Made by a program: the position numbers and the translations under genes
In this document: positions 18,882 through 28,760 of the stretch, piece by piece
Numbering within the stretch: the stretch's first letter is position 1
Layout: every line of letters starts with the position of its first letter
Notes under the pieces: generated by a model
What the model was told of the DNA's origin: nothing
The model's input: only the letters and a program-made list of their open reading frames with translations
The model's database searches: none
Source: a virus
IMG/VR virus record: IMGVR_UViG_3300021389_000035
Location: 1-51,714 of that record
Length of the DNA: 51,714 nucleotides
Reading direction: 5' to 3' (one strand)

Positions 18882-19826
18882 ATGAATTATGAATTAACTA
18901 TATTTAAATCTCAGTTCGATAACAAGACTCACCGAACAATGTCTCTGAAGAGTTGGGACAAGTTCGTTGAGTTGTTGTATGGATTGAGTCAAACTAAAGG
19001 TGAAAAGGGTGGTAGAAATTCTAGTCCTCTTATTACTCCTGCTGTGTTTGAAACCGATAGCACACGTAGTAATAAATCTACTTTATATTGGGGTGGTTGG
19101 TGCGCTGTTGATGTGGACGACCATAATTTTACTAATGATATATTGTCTCTAAAGGAACAGTTAATTGATAGGTTTCGCGATCTGGACTTCATCTGTTATA
19201 GTACTGCTAGTTCTAGGGCTCAGTATCTTAAATTCAGGATTGTCTTCCGACTATCGGAAACTATTGAACGAGATACGATCAAATCCTTCTGGTACGCCCT
19301 TAATACTGAAATTGGAGAAATTGGTGACCCGCAAACAAAAGATCTTGCACGGATGTACTATGTTCCTGCAATATATCCTAGTTCTACTAATTTCTTCTTC
19401 TCTCATCTGGGCGGCAATCCAATTAATGTGGGTGAACTGATTGCCAGACATCCTTATGTACAGAAGACCGGTAACTCTTTCCTAGATAGACTGCCACCAG
19501 AGATGCAGAAGGCAGTAGTAGAACATCGTAAGAATAGTCTAAATAATACTAACTTCAATTGGACTTCGTATCGCGATTGTCCGTTCTGGCCTAAAAGGTT
19601 GGGTATAGAATACCAGACCATTTCTGAAACTGGTTGGTATGCTAAAATGTACGCGATAATGATTGCGATTGCCGGAAGTGCGGTAAGTAGAGGTTACCCC
19701 ATATCATCAAACCAAATCTCTCGGTTATGTGAAGAGTTTGATAAGGAAACAGGAAACTGGTACGAGAACCGTCCTCTCAGTGTAGAGGCAGATCGTGCAT
19801 TAGAATACGTTTATAGGAACGGATAA
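18882..19826 (+). CDS. archaeo-eukaryotic-primase-like (AEP/primpol-like) protein
   Basis: GGWCAVDVDDHNFTND (hDhD), CYSTASSRAQYLKFRIVFRLSETI, IGDPQTKDLARMYYVPAIYP. Confidence 0.5.
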   Translation: MNYELTIFKSQFDNKTHRTMSLKSWDKFVELLYGLSQTKGEKGGRNSSPLITPAVFETDSTRSNKSTLYWGGWCAVDVDDHNFTNDILSLKEQLIDRFRDLDFICYSTASSRAQYLKFRIVFRLSETIERDTIKSFWYALNTEIGEIGDPQTKDLARMYYVPAIYPSSTNFFFSHLGGNPINVGELIARHPYVQKTGNSFLDRLPPEMQKAVVEHRKNSLNNTNFNWTSYRDCPFWPKRLGIEYQTISETGWYAKMYAIMIAIAGSAVSRGYPISSNQISRLCEEFDKETGNWYENRPLSVEADRALEYVYRNG

Positions 19827-20764
19827 TGAGAAAATATTTAGTAACAGGTGCGGCAGGATTCATCGGATCGCAATTATGTAACAGATTAAAACGAGAAGGT
19901 CATTGGGTTATTGGTATGGATAATTACAATGACCATTTGTATAGTCCCACACTGAAACATCATCGTGTCGAACATTTTGGTATCGATGTCTTGAATGTGG
20001 ATCTTCGTAATGAAGAAGAGATGGACAATCTCATCGACGGTATTAATCCCACGGATATTATTCACCTTGCAGCACATGCCGGTGTGCGTGATTCGTTTGG
20101 TAAAGAAAAACAATATCATGCAAACAATATCGATGGTACTCAGAATCTTATTGATGCCTGTAAGAGACATGCACCGGACGCACGTATTGTATATGCGTCA
20201 ACCTCTTGTGTCTTTGCGGGTTCCGAACTACCTTGGACAGAAGGTAGGGAGACTGGTAAACAGTTGAATCCTTATGGATGGACTAAATGGGCCAATGAAT
20301 GTCAGATGCAGGGGTCTGGTCTACACACTATTGGTCTGAGATTCTTTACTGTATATGGCCCTTGGGGTCGTCCGGATATGGCACTGTTTGACTTCACCAA
20401 AAATATACTTGCCGAGAAACCAATAACAGTGTATAATTATGGTGATATGAAACGTGATTTTACATACGTAGAAGATATCCTAGATGGTATAGAATGTGTG
20501 TTGAATAATGATGTGGACGCAGGTGAGATATTTAATATTGGTCGTGGTGCACCAGTTCAACTTATGGACTTCATTTCAGAGATCGAAAAGAATACGGGCA
20601 AGTCCGCAATCAAGTTGATGGCACCACAACATCCCGCAGACACATTAGAGACTTTTTCTAACACAAGTAAGTTAGAAACACTTGGTTATCATCCTACTAC
20701 TAATATAGAAGATGGTATCCGTAATTTTTATAAATGGTATATGGAGTACAATAGTGGCAGATGA
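19826..20764 (+). CDS. NAD-dependent sugar-nucleotide epimerase/dehydratase
   Basis: TGAAGFIGSQLCNRL Rossmann motif, YASTSCVF, YGWTKWANE (YxxxK), RFFTVYGPWGRPDMA (UDP-glucuronate 4-epimerase-like). Confidence 0.92.
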   Translation: MRKYLVTGAAGFIGSQLCNRLKREGHWVIGMDNYNDHLYSPTLKHHRVEHFGIDVLNVDLRNEEEMDNLIDGINPTDIIHLAAHAGVRDSFGKEKQYHANNIDGTQNLIDACKRHAPDARIVYASTSCVFAGSELPWTEGRETGKQLNPYGWTKWANECQMQGSGLHTIGLRFFTVYGPWGRPDMALFDFTKNILAEKPITVYNYGDMKRDFTYVEDILDGIECVLNNDVDAGEIFNIGRGAPVQLMDFISEIEKNTGKSAIKLMAPQHPADTLETFSNTSKLETLGYHPTTNIEDGIRNFYKWYMEYNSGR

Positions 20765-21695
20765 TTTTGATGAATATGTTCCCGAGAAACCCGAAGGTGA
20801 ATCTCAACCCGAAGGTGTGAGTAAGAAGAATCCTTTACGTATGGGTATCGTGGGACATGGGTTTGTAGGTAAGGCTGTAGAATATGCGTTCTATCATCCT
20901 ATGGTAGAACACTTTATTGTTGATCCGAATAACCAAACTACTATCGATGATCTTGTGAAGTATAAACCACAGATTGCGTTTATCGCTGCACCTACTCCAC
21001 AGAACTCAGAGACGGGTTTTGTGGACGCGTCTATTGTAGAAGATGCGGTACTCAAGTTGATGTACCATACTAACGCACTTGTTGTTGTCAAATCAACAAT
21101 CACTCCCGACATTGTGGATAGAATATACAATTCAATCGAACCTCAAGACTTTGATCGATTCGTGTACAATCCCGAATTCCTGACAGAAAAGTCTGCATGT
21201 GAAGATTTCGTCAATGCGGAACATCATGTGTTTGGTGGTACGGATCCTGCGTGTAATGAACTACAACAGATCTATGATATCTTTAGTGGGTGTAAGTCCG
21301 ACAAATACTATCGTATGTCTGGGTGCGAGGCATCCTTTGTTAAGTATGCGACCAATTCCTATCTTGCAACTAAATTGACATTCTTCAACCAGTTGAAAGA
21401 GTTGGTGGATTCATTCGATTGTAGTTATAATATGATTACTCGTGCAATGGGTGCGGATGATCGTATCGGCATCAAACATACCCGTGTGCCTGGCCCTGAT
21501 AAGAAACGTGGGTTTGGTGGTGCATGTCTACCCAAAGACACTATGGCACTTCTGAAGTTTTCCGAATCTCGGGGAGAAAAGTTCGATCTGTTGGAAAATG
21601 TCTTGACAATCAACAACAAATATCGTATAATATACGAGTTAGATGAACGTGAAAAAGTAAATAATATATCATTTGGAGATGAGAAAGACGTATGA
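20712..21695 (+). CDS. UDP-glucose/GDP-mannose dehydrogenase family protein
   Basis: GIVGHGFVGKAVEYAF, VVKSTITPDIVD, NPEFLTEKSACEDF, FGGACLPKDTMAL catalytic Cys. Exact start uncertain (N-terminus overlaps the epimerase). Confidence 0.9.
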   Translation: MVSVIFINGIWSTIVADDFDEYVPEKPEGESQPEGVSKKNPLRMGIVGHGFVGKAVEYAFYHPMVEHFIVDPNNQTTIDDLVKYKPQIAFIAAPTPQNSETGFVDASIVEDAVLKLMYHTNALVVVKSTITPDIVDRIYNSIEPQDFDRFVYNPEFLTEKSACEDFVNAEHHVFGGTDPACNELQQIYDIFSGCKSDKYYRMSGCEASFVKYATNSYLATKLTFFNQLKELVDSFDCSYNMITRAMGADDRIGIKHTRVPGPDKKRGFGGACLPKDTMALLKFSESRGEKFDLLENVLTINNKYRIIYELDEREKVNNISFGDEKDV

Positions 21696-22759
21696 GTATA
21701 ATGAATAAATTGAAGAAGAACTCCAAGGTCAAGAGTGCCGAGGTTATGTCAAAGAGTAAGTTCTTCACAGAAAAGGATATGGTTTCTACAGATGTACCTA
21801 TGGTCAATGTCGCATTGTCCGGTTCTATTGACGGTGGTGTTACGCCTGGACTGACCGTCCTCGCAGGGCCATCTAAACACTTTAAAACATCATTTGCACT
21901 ACTTATGGCTGGTGCATACTTACGGGAGAGAAAAGATGCAGTTATTTTATTCTACGATAGTGAGTTCGGTTCACCCCAATCTTATTTCGAACAGTTTGGA
22001 ATTGACACTAGTCGTGTTCTTCACACTCCTATCACGAATGTAGAGGAACTAAAGTTTGACCTTATCTCTCAACTAGAAGAGATTGACCGTGATGATGACG
22101 TTATCATTGTAATCGATTCTATTGGTAACCTTGCGTCTAAGAAAGAACTCGATGATGCATTGGCAGAGAAGGGTGTTGCGGACATGTCACGTGCGAAGGC
22201 ATTGAAGGGTCTGTTCCGTATGTCAACACCATACCTTGCAATGAAAAACATTCCTATGTTGGCTATCAACCACACCTATAAAGAGATCGGTCTCTTTCCG
22301 AAGGATGTTGTTGGTGGTGGTACTGGTATCTATTATAGTGCTGATACTATCTGGATTATTGGTCGTAGACAGACTAAGACGGGTACCGAAGTTACTGGTT
22401 ATGATTTCGTAGTCAACATCGAGAAGTCTCGTTACCTCAAAGAGAAGTCTAAGATTCCTATCTCAGTATCTTGGGATGGTGGTGTCGAGAAGAACTCTGG
22501 ACTACTTGATGTTGCTCTTGCCGGTGGATATGTTTTCAAACCAAGTAATGGTTGGTACCAACGTGTAGACAAAAGTACCGGAGAACTAGTTGACCCGAAG
22601 GTTCGACAGAAAGATACTCTGACCGATGAGTTCTGGGCACCTATTTGGGAATTTACAGACTTTGCAGAATTTATTAAGAAACAATATCAAATTGGATTGC
22701 CAACGCAAGTAGATCCTGATATAATAGTACAAATAGATGGTGAAGATATAAATGATTAA
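21692..22759 (+). CDS. uvsX: UvsX RecA-like recombinase
   Basis: LAGPSKHFKTSFALL Walker A, VIVIDSIGNLASKKELDDAL, GGGTGIYYSADTIWIIGRRQ. Confidence 0.95.
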   Translation: MSIMNKLKKNSKVKSAEVMSKSKFFTEKDMVSTDVPMVNVALSGSIDGGVTPGLTVLAGPSKHFKTSFALLMAGAYLRERKDAVILFYDSEFGSPQSYFEQFGIDTSRVLHTPITNVEELKFDLISQLEEIDRDDDVIIVIDSIGNLASKKELDDALAEKGVADMSRAKALKGLFRMSTPYLAMKNIPMLAINHTYKEIGLFPKDVVGGGTGIYYSADTIWIIGRRQTKTGTEVTGYDFVVNIEKSRYLKEKSKIPISVSWDGGVEKNSGLLDVALAGGYVFKPSNGWYQRVDKSTGELVDPKVRQKDTLTDEFWAPIWEFTDFAEFIKKQYQIGLPTQVDPDIIVQIDGEDIND

Positions 22760-23123
22760 TCTCGACAAGGTGAGTGAGGGGGTTGACTATGAGTTGATCC
22801 CTGTCGAATATGTAGATAATGAGGCCGCGTGGGATGTTCGCATCCTGCGTGGTGAGTTTACCGAAACCGTGTTACGTTTTGGCACGATCAAGTATGATGG
22901 AGAACGCGATTGTCTTACCTTTGACTTTCGTGTAGTAGAATCTCCGGATGATGAGTTGGATTCTTCTAGTGAAGACCTCCAAGAATTCTCTGGTTCTATT
23001 CTAGAAGATATACTTGAACGTGGTATAAATGAAGGTTGGGTGTACGGTACTGAGAAAAAGAATGGAGAAAACGTTGGAGATCAATCTAGAACAAACGATT
23101 CTACGGAATCTATTGACGAATGA
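22752..23123 (+). CDS. conserved phage hypothetical between uvsX and 41
   Basis: 123 aa acidic ORF overlapping both neighbours. Confidence 0.6.
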   Translation: MINLDKVSEGVDYELIPVEYVDNEAAWDVRILRGEFTETVLRFGTIKYDGERDCLTFDFRVVESPDDELDSSSEDLQEFSGSILEDILERGINEGWVYGTEKKNGENVGDQSRTNDSTESIDE

Positions 23124-24468
23124 TGCATATGCTAGAAAAGTTGCAGCGTTCTTAACACCCGATTATTTTGAAGGGGTCTATAAAGGTCTCTTCAATGAAT
23201 TCACTAAGTTTATTGCAAAGTATAATAAACTCCCCACAATGGAAGCATTTAAGATTGAGGTCGATGAAGGTGATCGTCTCAACGATGAACAATATCGTCA
23301 TGCAATCGAGATACTTCCAAACATCTTTACTGCTGAGACAGAGAACCTTGACTGGTTGATTGATCGTACCGAGAAGTGGTGTCAAGACCGTGCGGTCTAC
23401 AATTCTATCATGGAGTCTATCTCTATCATTGATGGCAAACACCAGACATTATCTAAGAATGCGATTCCTGATATTCTATCTAAGGCACTGGGTGTTACAT
23501 TTGATACTAACATCGGTCACGACTATCTGGAGAATGTTGATGGTCGATACGATTTCTACCATGAACAGGAAGAACGTACTCCGTTTGACTTAGATCTATT
23601 CAATCAGATCACCAAGGGTGGTATACCCAATAAGACCCTGAACATTGCCCTTGCGGGTACAGGTGTCGGTAAGTCTCTGTTTATGTGTCACTGTGCGGGT
23701 GCAGCTCTGTCTATGGGTAAGAACGTATTGTACATCACCATGGAGATGGCAGAAGAACGTATCGCAGAACGTATCGATGCGAATCTATTGAACGTACCGA
23801 TTGATCAGTTAGAGAATCTATCTAAAGATATGTTCACACAGAAAGTGAGTCAGATCTCTGCAAAGACCAACGGTAGGTTGATCATCAAAGAATATCCTAC
23901 CGGTCAAGCAAATGCGTCTCACTTCCGTGCACTACTGAACGAACTGAAGTTGAAGAAGAACTTCGTACCGGATATGATCTATATCGATTATCTAAATATC
24001 TGTTCATCTTCACGGATGAAAGCGATGGGTGGTTCTATCAACTCATATACCTATATCAAGTCTATTGCAGAAGAACTGCGTGGTCTTGCGGTAGAGTTTG
24101 ATGTTCCGGTTATGTCTGCGACTCAGACTACTCGTGGTGGTTATGGTAATGATGACGTGGGTCTGGAGGATACTTCAGAATCATTTGGTCTACCTGCTAC
24201 TGCCGATCTTATGTTTGCATTGATCAGTAATGATGAACTTTCAAACAATGGTCAGATACTAGTTAAACAATTGAAGAATCGTTATAACGATGTTGGTTCT
24301 AATCAACGATTTGTGGTGGGTATTGATCGTTCTAAGATGCGTCTGTTTGATGTAGACCAAAACGATTCACCTCTTAATAAAGAAGAAGACCATGGCCCTG
24401 CATTTGATAATTCAAACTCAGGACAAAGACTGAAGTCGGAAAATAGATTTGGAGATTTTAAACTATGA
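23065..24468 (+). CDS. 41: gp41 replicative DnaB-like helicase
   Basis: LAGTGVGKSLFMCHCAGAAL, VLYITMEMAEERIAERID, PVMSATQTTRGGYG, ALISNDELSNNGQILVKQLKNRYND. Start within the track ORF uncertain. Confidence 0.95.
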   Translation, partial: EKTLEINLEQTILRNLLTNDAYARKVAAFLTPDYFEGVYKGLFNEFTKFIAKYNKLPTMEAFKIEVDEGDRLNDEQYRHAIEILPNIFTAETENLDWLIDRTEKWCQDRAVYNSIMESISIIDGKHQTLSKNAIPDILSKALGVTFDTNIGHDYLENVDGRYDFYHEQEERTPFDLDLFNQITKGGIPNKTLNIALAGTGVGKSLFMCHCAGAALSMGKNVLYITMEMAEERIAERIDANLLNVPIDQLENLSKDMFTQKVSQISAKTNGRLIIKEYPTGQANASHFRALLNELKLKKNFVPDMIYIDYLNICSSSRMKAMGGSINSYTYIKSIAEELRGLAVEFDVPVMSATQTTRGGYGNDDVGLEDTSESFGLPATADLMFALISNDELSNNGQILVKQLKNRYNDVGSNQRFVVGIDRSKMRLFDVDQNDSPLNKEEDHGPAFDNSNSGQRLKSENRFGDFKL

Positions 24469-24629
24469 GTCCAGAATATCAAACATTAATAACTCTTGCC
24501 TTGATGATTGGTGCCTACTATTTGGGTAATCATCTTGGTAAGTTAAGGGGAGTTGAACTTGCCATTATTTGGTATGAACAACAAGGTATAATATTAACAC
24601 TAGATGAGGAAGAAGAAGAAGATGAGTGA
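24465..24629 (+). CDS. small membrane-like protein (54 aa)
   Basis: MSPEYQTLITLALMIGAYYLGNHLGKLRG...EEEEEDE; ATG overlaps the gp41 stop (TATGA). Confidence 0.55.
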   Translation: MSPEYQTLITLALMIGAYYLGNHLGKLRGVELAIIWYEQQGIILTLDEEEEEDE

Positions 24630-25323
24630 AGTGAATTTGGTTGCAATTAGTAAACCGAATGTTGGAGTGACTGACAGTTGGGATGCAAATGAGTTGATTG
24701 CATATACCGCACGGGTGAGTAATCCTGCTAACCAGAGTAACCGTGACACCGCACCAAAGTTGTTGAGGTATCTAATCAAACATCAACATTGGTCGCCATT
24801 TGAGATGGTGCATATGACTCTTGAAATCAAAACGACACGTGATATCTCTCGACAGATTATTCGTCACCGTTCGTTTTCATATCAAGAATTCTCCCAACGT
24901 TATGCAGAGAGTGAGAACTTCTCTACTCGTATGGCGAGAATGCAAGATCCTAAGAACCGTCAAGCATCTGTTGATATTGCAGAGGAATATGGTGTTGGTA
25001 GTGAGGGTGTTAAATCGAGTCAGAATGGTTTGGTTGAAAATTGGAATATGAAACAAAGGAAGGTTATTTCAGCTGCGAAGGAAGCATATAACTGGGCACT
25101 AGATAATGGTATCGCAAAGGAACAGGCACGTGTGGTGTTACCCGAAGGTAATACGTGTACTACACTGTACATGGCAGGATCTTTGCGTTCTTGGATTCAC
25201 TTCTGTCAGTTGCGTATGGGTATCGAAACTCAGAAGGAACATCGTATTGTTGCGGAACAGTGTTGGGAACATATCAAAACACATTTCCCTGATATAGCAG
25301 AGGCGGTAATGGAAAATGAGTAA
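24622..25323 (+). CDS. thyX: ThyX FAD-dependent thymidylate synthase
   Basis: RHRSFSYQEFSQRYAE ThyX signature (RHRxxSxxxxSxR). Confidence 0.95.
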   Translation: MSEVNLVAISKPNVGVTDSWDANELIAYTARVSNPANQSNRDTAPKLLRYLIKHQHWSPFEMVHMTLEIKTTRDISRQIIRHRSFSYQEFSQRYAESENFSTRMARMQDPKNRQASVDIAEEYGVGSEGVKSSQNGLVENWNMKQRKVISAAKEAYNWALDNGIAKEQARVVLPEGNTCTTLYMAGSLRSWIHFCQLRMGIETQKEHRIVAEQCWEHIKTHFPDIAEAVMENE

Positions 25324-25504
25324 ATATAGTTGTCCGGTAGTACTGGACGAAGAAGGACATCAATGCATTGAGTTTAGTGATGAATTAATGGAAGAACTTG
25401 ACTTGAAGGTAGGGGATGTGATACAATGGGATCTAACAGAAGAAAATGGTTCTTGGATTTTAAATAAAGTAAAAAAGGTAGGAGAAGAAAATGAAGAAGG
25501 GTGA
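25316..25504 (+). CDS. small AbrB-like/hypothetical protein
   Basis: CIEFSDELMEELDLKVGDVIQWDL resembles a SpoVT/AbrB-like half-barrel. Confidence 0.5.
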   Translation: MSKYSCPVVLDEEGHQCIEFSDELMEELDLKVGDVIQWDLTEENGSWILNKVKKVGEENEEG

Positions 25505-25760
25505 TATCGTTACAGTGATGACGGGTGTAGGTGAGTACATTGCACGATTGGATCGAATTGATGCAGGTGCAGTACATGTAACTGACCCACGTCTTATTGT
25601 ACGTGGTGAAGATGGTCAGATTGGTTTTGGTCGTGGTGTGTGTATGTCTGCTGTTGAAAATCCAAAGACTTTGACGTTTAGTGATGTTATTTTCACTGTA
25701 CCGACAAACGAGTCTTTTGAGAAAGCATGGATCGAAGCGACTAGTGGCATTATAATTTAA
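25491..25760 (+). CDS. hypothetical protein
   Basis: 89 aa ORF translationally coupled to neighbours. Confidence 0.55.
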   Translation: MKKGDIVTVMTGVGEYIARLDRIDAGAVHVTDPRLIVRGEDGQIGFGRGVCMSAVENPKTLTFSDVIFTVPTNESFEKAWIEATSGIII

Positions 25761-26428
25761 TGTCTGAAGTAACTATTCGGAACAAAGAACTCCTAGAGAC
25801 CCTTGACAGTTTTGTCGAGGATTTCTTTAGTCGTGACTATTCTAGTACTGACTACCAAGTGTATAGTGCAGAAGAAGATAAGACTAATGGGGAGTACTTT
25901 TGTTCCGAAGAGTACTTGACAGAGTGCCTGTCACGTGATACACTAGTAGGTGTACCAGACAGACATTTTGCACAACCTATCTCTAAGATGGTTCGTGCTC
26001 AACCCAAAGTCTGGTCTGATTATATGAAACGTGTCAAGTATGATTTTGCAGCCGATATCGGTGCACATACTTCTGCACTATTATCATATTATCCGCCTGG
26101 CGGGTTTGTTGGATGGCACACTAACTATGACGCATCTGCGTATCAAGTATTATTCACTTGGTCTAAGAGTGGCAATGGATACTTCAAGTATCGTGATAAT
26201 GATACGGGTGAGATAGTTACCTTACAGGACGTGCCGGGATGGCAATGTAGACACTACTACTTTGCTCCCGAAGATGAACCTAAAGATCTCTGTTGGCATT
26301 CTGCGTATGCAGGAGAAGACAGAATTACACTCGCATATAAGTTTTGCGGGTATGGAAAAAATGATCCTCGTGACCAACAGGCACGAGACTTACGTGATTT
26401 ATTAATTGAGGATATTGAAACAGAATGA
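25760..26428 (+). CDS. 2OG-Fe(II) oxygenase-like protein
   Basis: SYYPPGGFVGWHTNYDASAYQVLFTWS...CWHSAYAGEDRITLAYKF: possible HxN..H..R beta-helix metal and cosubstrate site. Confidence 0.55.
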   Translation: MSEVTIRNKELLETLDSFVEDFFSRDYSSTDYQVYSAEEDKTNGEYFCSEEYLTECLSRDTLVGVPDRHFAQPISKMVRAQPKVWSDYMKRVKYDFAADIGAHTSALLSYYPPGGFVGWHTNYDASAYQVLFTWSKSGNGYFKYRDNDTGEIVTLQDVPGWQCRHYYFAPEDEPKDLCWHSAYAGEDRITLAYKFCGYGKNDPRDQQARDLRDLLIEDIETE

Positions 26429-26670
26429 TTACATTGACCCCCGAAGATAAAAAGAAAGTTGCAGGTGCGATTAAAGAACTATCTGATAGTATGACTCGCA
26501 TTGATGCAGAGAAAGACTTGATTAAAGATATCGTTCAAGTTACCTTTGAGAATCATGGTGTGGATAAGAAACACATCCGCAAACTTGCAACCATCTATCA
26601 TAAAGCAAACATGGCAGAAGTTCGTACCGAGTACGAAGACCTTGAAGCATTATATGAGGAGTTGTTCTAA
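26425..26670 (+). CDS. dsbA: DsbA-like dsDNA-binding late transcription accessory protein
   Basis: EKDLIKDIVQVTFENHGVDKKHIRKLATIYHKANMAEVRTEYEDLEALYE parallels T4 DsbA. Confidence 0.75.
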   Translation: MITLTPEDKKKVAGAIKELSDSMTRIDAEKDLIKDIVQVTFENHGVDKKHIRKLATIYHKANMAEVRTEYEDLEALYEELF

Positions 26671-27236
26671 TGGCTGGTTCTGAATATTATGGAGATGTTA
26701 CCGTAGGTGGTCGCAGTCTGAATGATGCGACTCCTTCCGAGTGGGATCAGGCATACGAGAACACTAAATTGTCTGTAGATGATATCACTTATGTTGGTGA
26801 TGAGGCTAATATCAATTTTGATGCTGAAACCGACAAAACATTTTTCGTCAAAACTAGTCCCGATCCCGACAATGTTCCTCCTTTGTTCACTAGTTGGAAT
26901 GATCCTATGTTCAAATGTTGGAATGAGTATACGGATGATATTGATTACAAGTTCCGTGAAAGAGAACTGATCGAAGAGTTTAGGAAATATATAGATACTA
27001 CTTACAGTGGTCACTATGGTCAAGGGGGTCTTCAATCATCTGAGGTCATCGTTGATCGTGGTCATGGTATGGGATTCTTTGCTGGTAATATTGACAAGTA
27101 TAATGGTCGATATGGCAACAAGGGAGAGAACCCTGCTGACTGGCGTAAAGACATTATGAAAACAATTCATTATGGTTTTCTGAAGTTGTTTGAACACGAT
27201 AGGATTCATGGGAATAATGGGAATACTACTGACTAA
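26670..27236 (+). CDS. hypothetical protein with DUF3310-like C-terminus
   Basis: FFAGNIDKYNGRYGNKGENPADWRKDIMKTIHYG. Confidence 0.5.
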   Translation: MAGSEYYGDVTVGGRSLNDATPSEWDQAYENTKLSVDDITYVGDEANINFDAETDKTFFVKTSPDPDNVPPLFTSWNDPMFKCWNEYTDDIDYKFRERELIEEFRKYIDTTYSGHYGQGGLQSSEVIVDRGHGMGFFAGNIDKYNGRYGNKGENPADWRKDIMKTIHYGFLKLFEHDRIHGNNGNTTD

Positions 27237-28008
27237 TGGTGACTCGTTCACCTATGGCGATGAACTAGAGGGAAGTCGATCTCCGAATGGGATCGACACC
27301 CACCATCGTCACACATACACACACAAATTATCAGAGAGATTGCATCTCCCTTATGTGAACCTTGCAGAGAACGGTTCTTCAAACGCGAAGATTTACCGTA
27401 GAACACTCGACTTTCTAATGCGTCCATCTGACCATGTTGATATGGTTGTTATAATGTGGAGTAATTGGGGAAGGTTTGAGTTGTGTGAGTCTGAACATTT
27501 TCTTGCGGATAAAGATATACATATCCCTCAAGAATGTAACATGAACCAGATAATACCTTCACACAAGAGTACATCCTTTGAATTGCAATGGGGTGATAGT
27601 ACTAATAAAAATAGAAAGGAAATTCTCAAAGCATATACTGAAGATGTTCTTACCATGCAGACTCAAATATTATATGGGTTGAAATGTATGCAACAGATGC
27701 AGTTTATTTGTGAGATGATGATGATCCCTATCATACAGGGCGTAATCCACGGTGACATGTATAAAAATATATTAGCCACTCTCAAAATGGATGGTTTCGA
27801 AGATTATAAGAAAGAAGTTACAAAAATCCTTAAAGACTTGCGTCCTGAATGTAAAATGGGTTTGGGTAATTATACAGACCTTTATACCTTGGCTGAGAAA
27901 AGTTACACGTTAAAACCCATGGGTCATGCTGATGAAGATACCCATACGGAATACGCTAAACTTATTGCTCATATAATTACTGCGGCAGAAATGTTACCAT
28001 GTTACTAA
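27217..28008 (+). CDS. SGNH/GDSL-hydrolase-like protein, copy 1
   Basis: ILLTNGDSFTYGDELEG (block I-like). Paralogous to the next ORF. Confidence 0.55.
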   Translation: MGILLTNGDSFTYGDELEGSRSPNGIDTHHRHTYTHKLSERLHLPYVNLAENGSSNAKIYRRTLDFLMRPSDHVDMVVIMWSNWGRFELCESEHFLADKDIHIPQECNMNQIIPSHKSTSFELQWGDSTNKNRKEILKAYTEDVLTMQTQILYGLKCMQQMQFICEMMMIPIIQGVIHGDMYKNILATLKMDGFEDYKKEVTKILKDLRPECKMGLGNYTDLYTLAEKSYTLKPMGHADEDTHTEYAKLIAHIITAAEMLPCY

Positions 28009-28760
28009 CTAATGGTTGCAGTTTCGTATGGGGTGATGAGTTGCAGGGATATGATAAGAGTCCGCCAGAACATTACCATTTAACATTCACCCATCACTTA
28101 TCTAACAAATTAAAAACAGAATATGTGAATCTCGCTACTTGTGGTGCGTGTAATGATAAAATATTTCGAGACACTGTAGACTATCTTTTAGATCCGACCA
28201 AAGAAAATCCTACTCATATGGTAATTCTTTGGTCTGCGTGGCAGAGAGACGAGGCTGCAGAAAATAGATTATCTGGATGGGAAAGAGAGGTTGGTATCCA
28301 ACGGTTCCAGTGTATGTCTCAATTCTCTCCTGCTAGAATGCACCATATTAAACCTGAACTAGAAGAAGTATTATCCCCCGCATTAGAAAAGATGGATGTT
28401 CTTCGTACCAAAATAACACATCATCTAAGTTTCATGAAAAGTATGGAATTGATATGTGATAGTCTGGGTATCAAATTAATACAGGGTTCTTTCCACAGAA
28501 GGTGTTGGTCGAATATTTTATTGTCAACGCATCCAAGATTCAAAAGAACAGATTCTCCTTGGACTGAATGGATAGAATATACCCATAAATCACTTAGTAG
28601 TTTGAAAGATACCAGTAGACTTGGACTTGGTAGGTATATCGACTTTTATACTTTTGCCGAGAATGACTTCAAAATACTAGATTACGGTCATCCCAACGAA
28701 CCCGCTCATGAAGCGTGGTCACAATACCTATATGATATATTTGTAAAAGAGTTCTCATGA
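27999..28760 (+). CDS. SGNH/GDSL-hydrolase-like protein, copy 2
   Basis: MLLTNGCSFVWGDELQG; C-terminal DYGHPNEPAHEAWSQYL resembles block V. Confidence 0.55.
   Translation: MLLTNGCSFVWGDELQGYDKSPPEHYHLTFTHHLSNKLKTEYVNLATCGACNDKIFRDTVDYLLDPTKENPTHMVILWSAWQRDEAAENRLSGWEREVGIQRFQCMSQFSPARMHHIKPELEEVLSPALEKMDVLRTKITHHLSFMKSMELICDSLGIKLIQGSFHRRCWSNILLSTHPRFKRTDSPWTEWIEYTHKSLSSLKDTSRLGLGRYIDFYTFAENDFKILDYGHPNEPAHEAWSQYLYDIFVKEFS

Noticed and set aside
23029-23064. Upstream extension of the gp41 ORF
   Set aside because: MKVGCTVLRKR is probably not part of the protein; MEKTLEINLEQTIL from 23065 is a more natural N-terminus.
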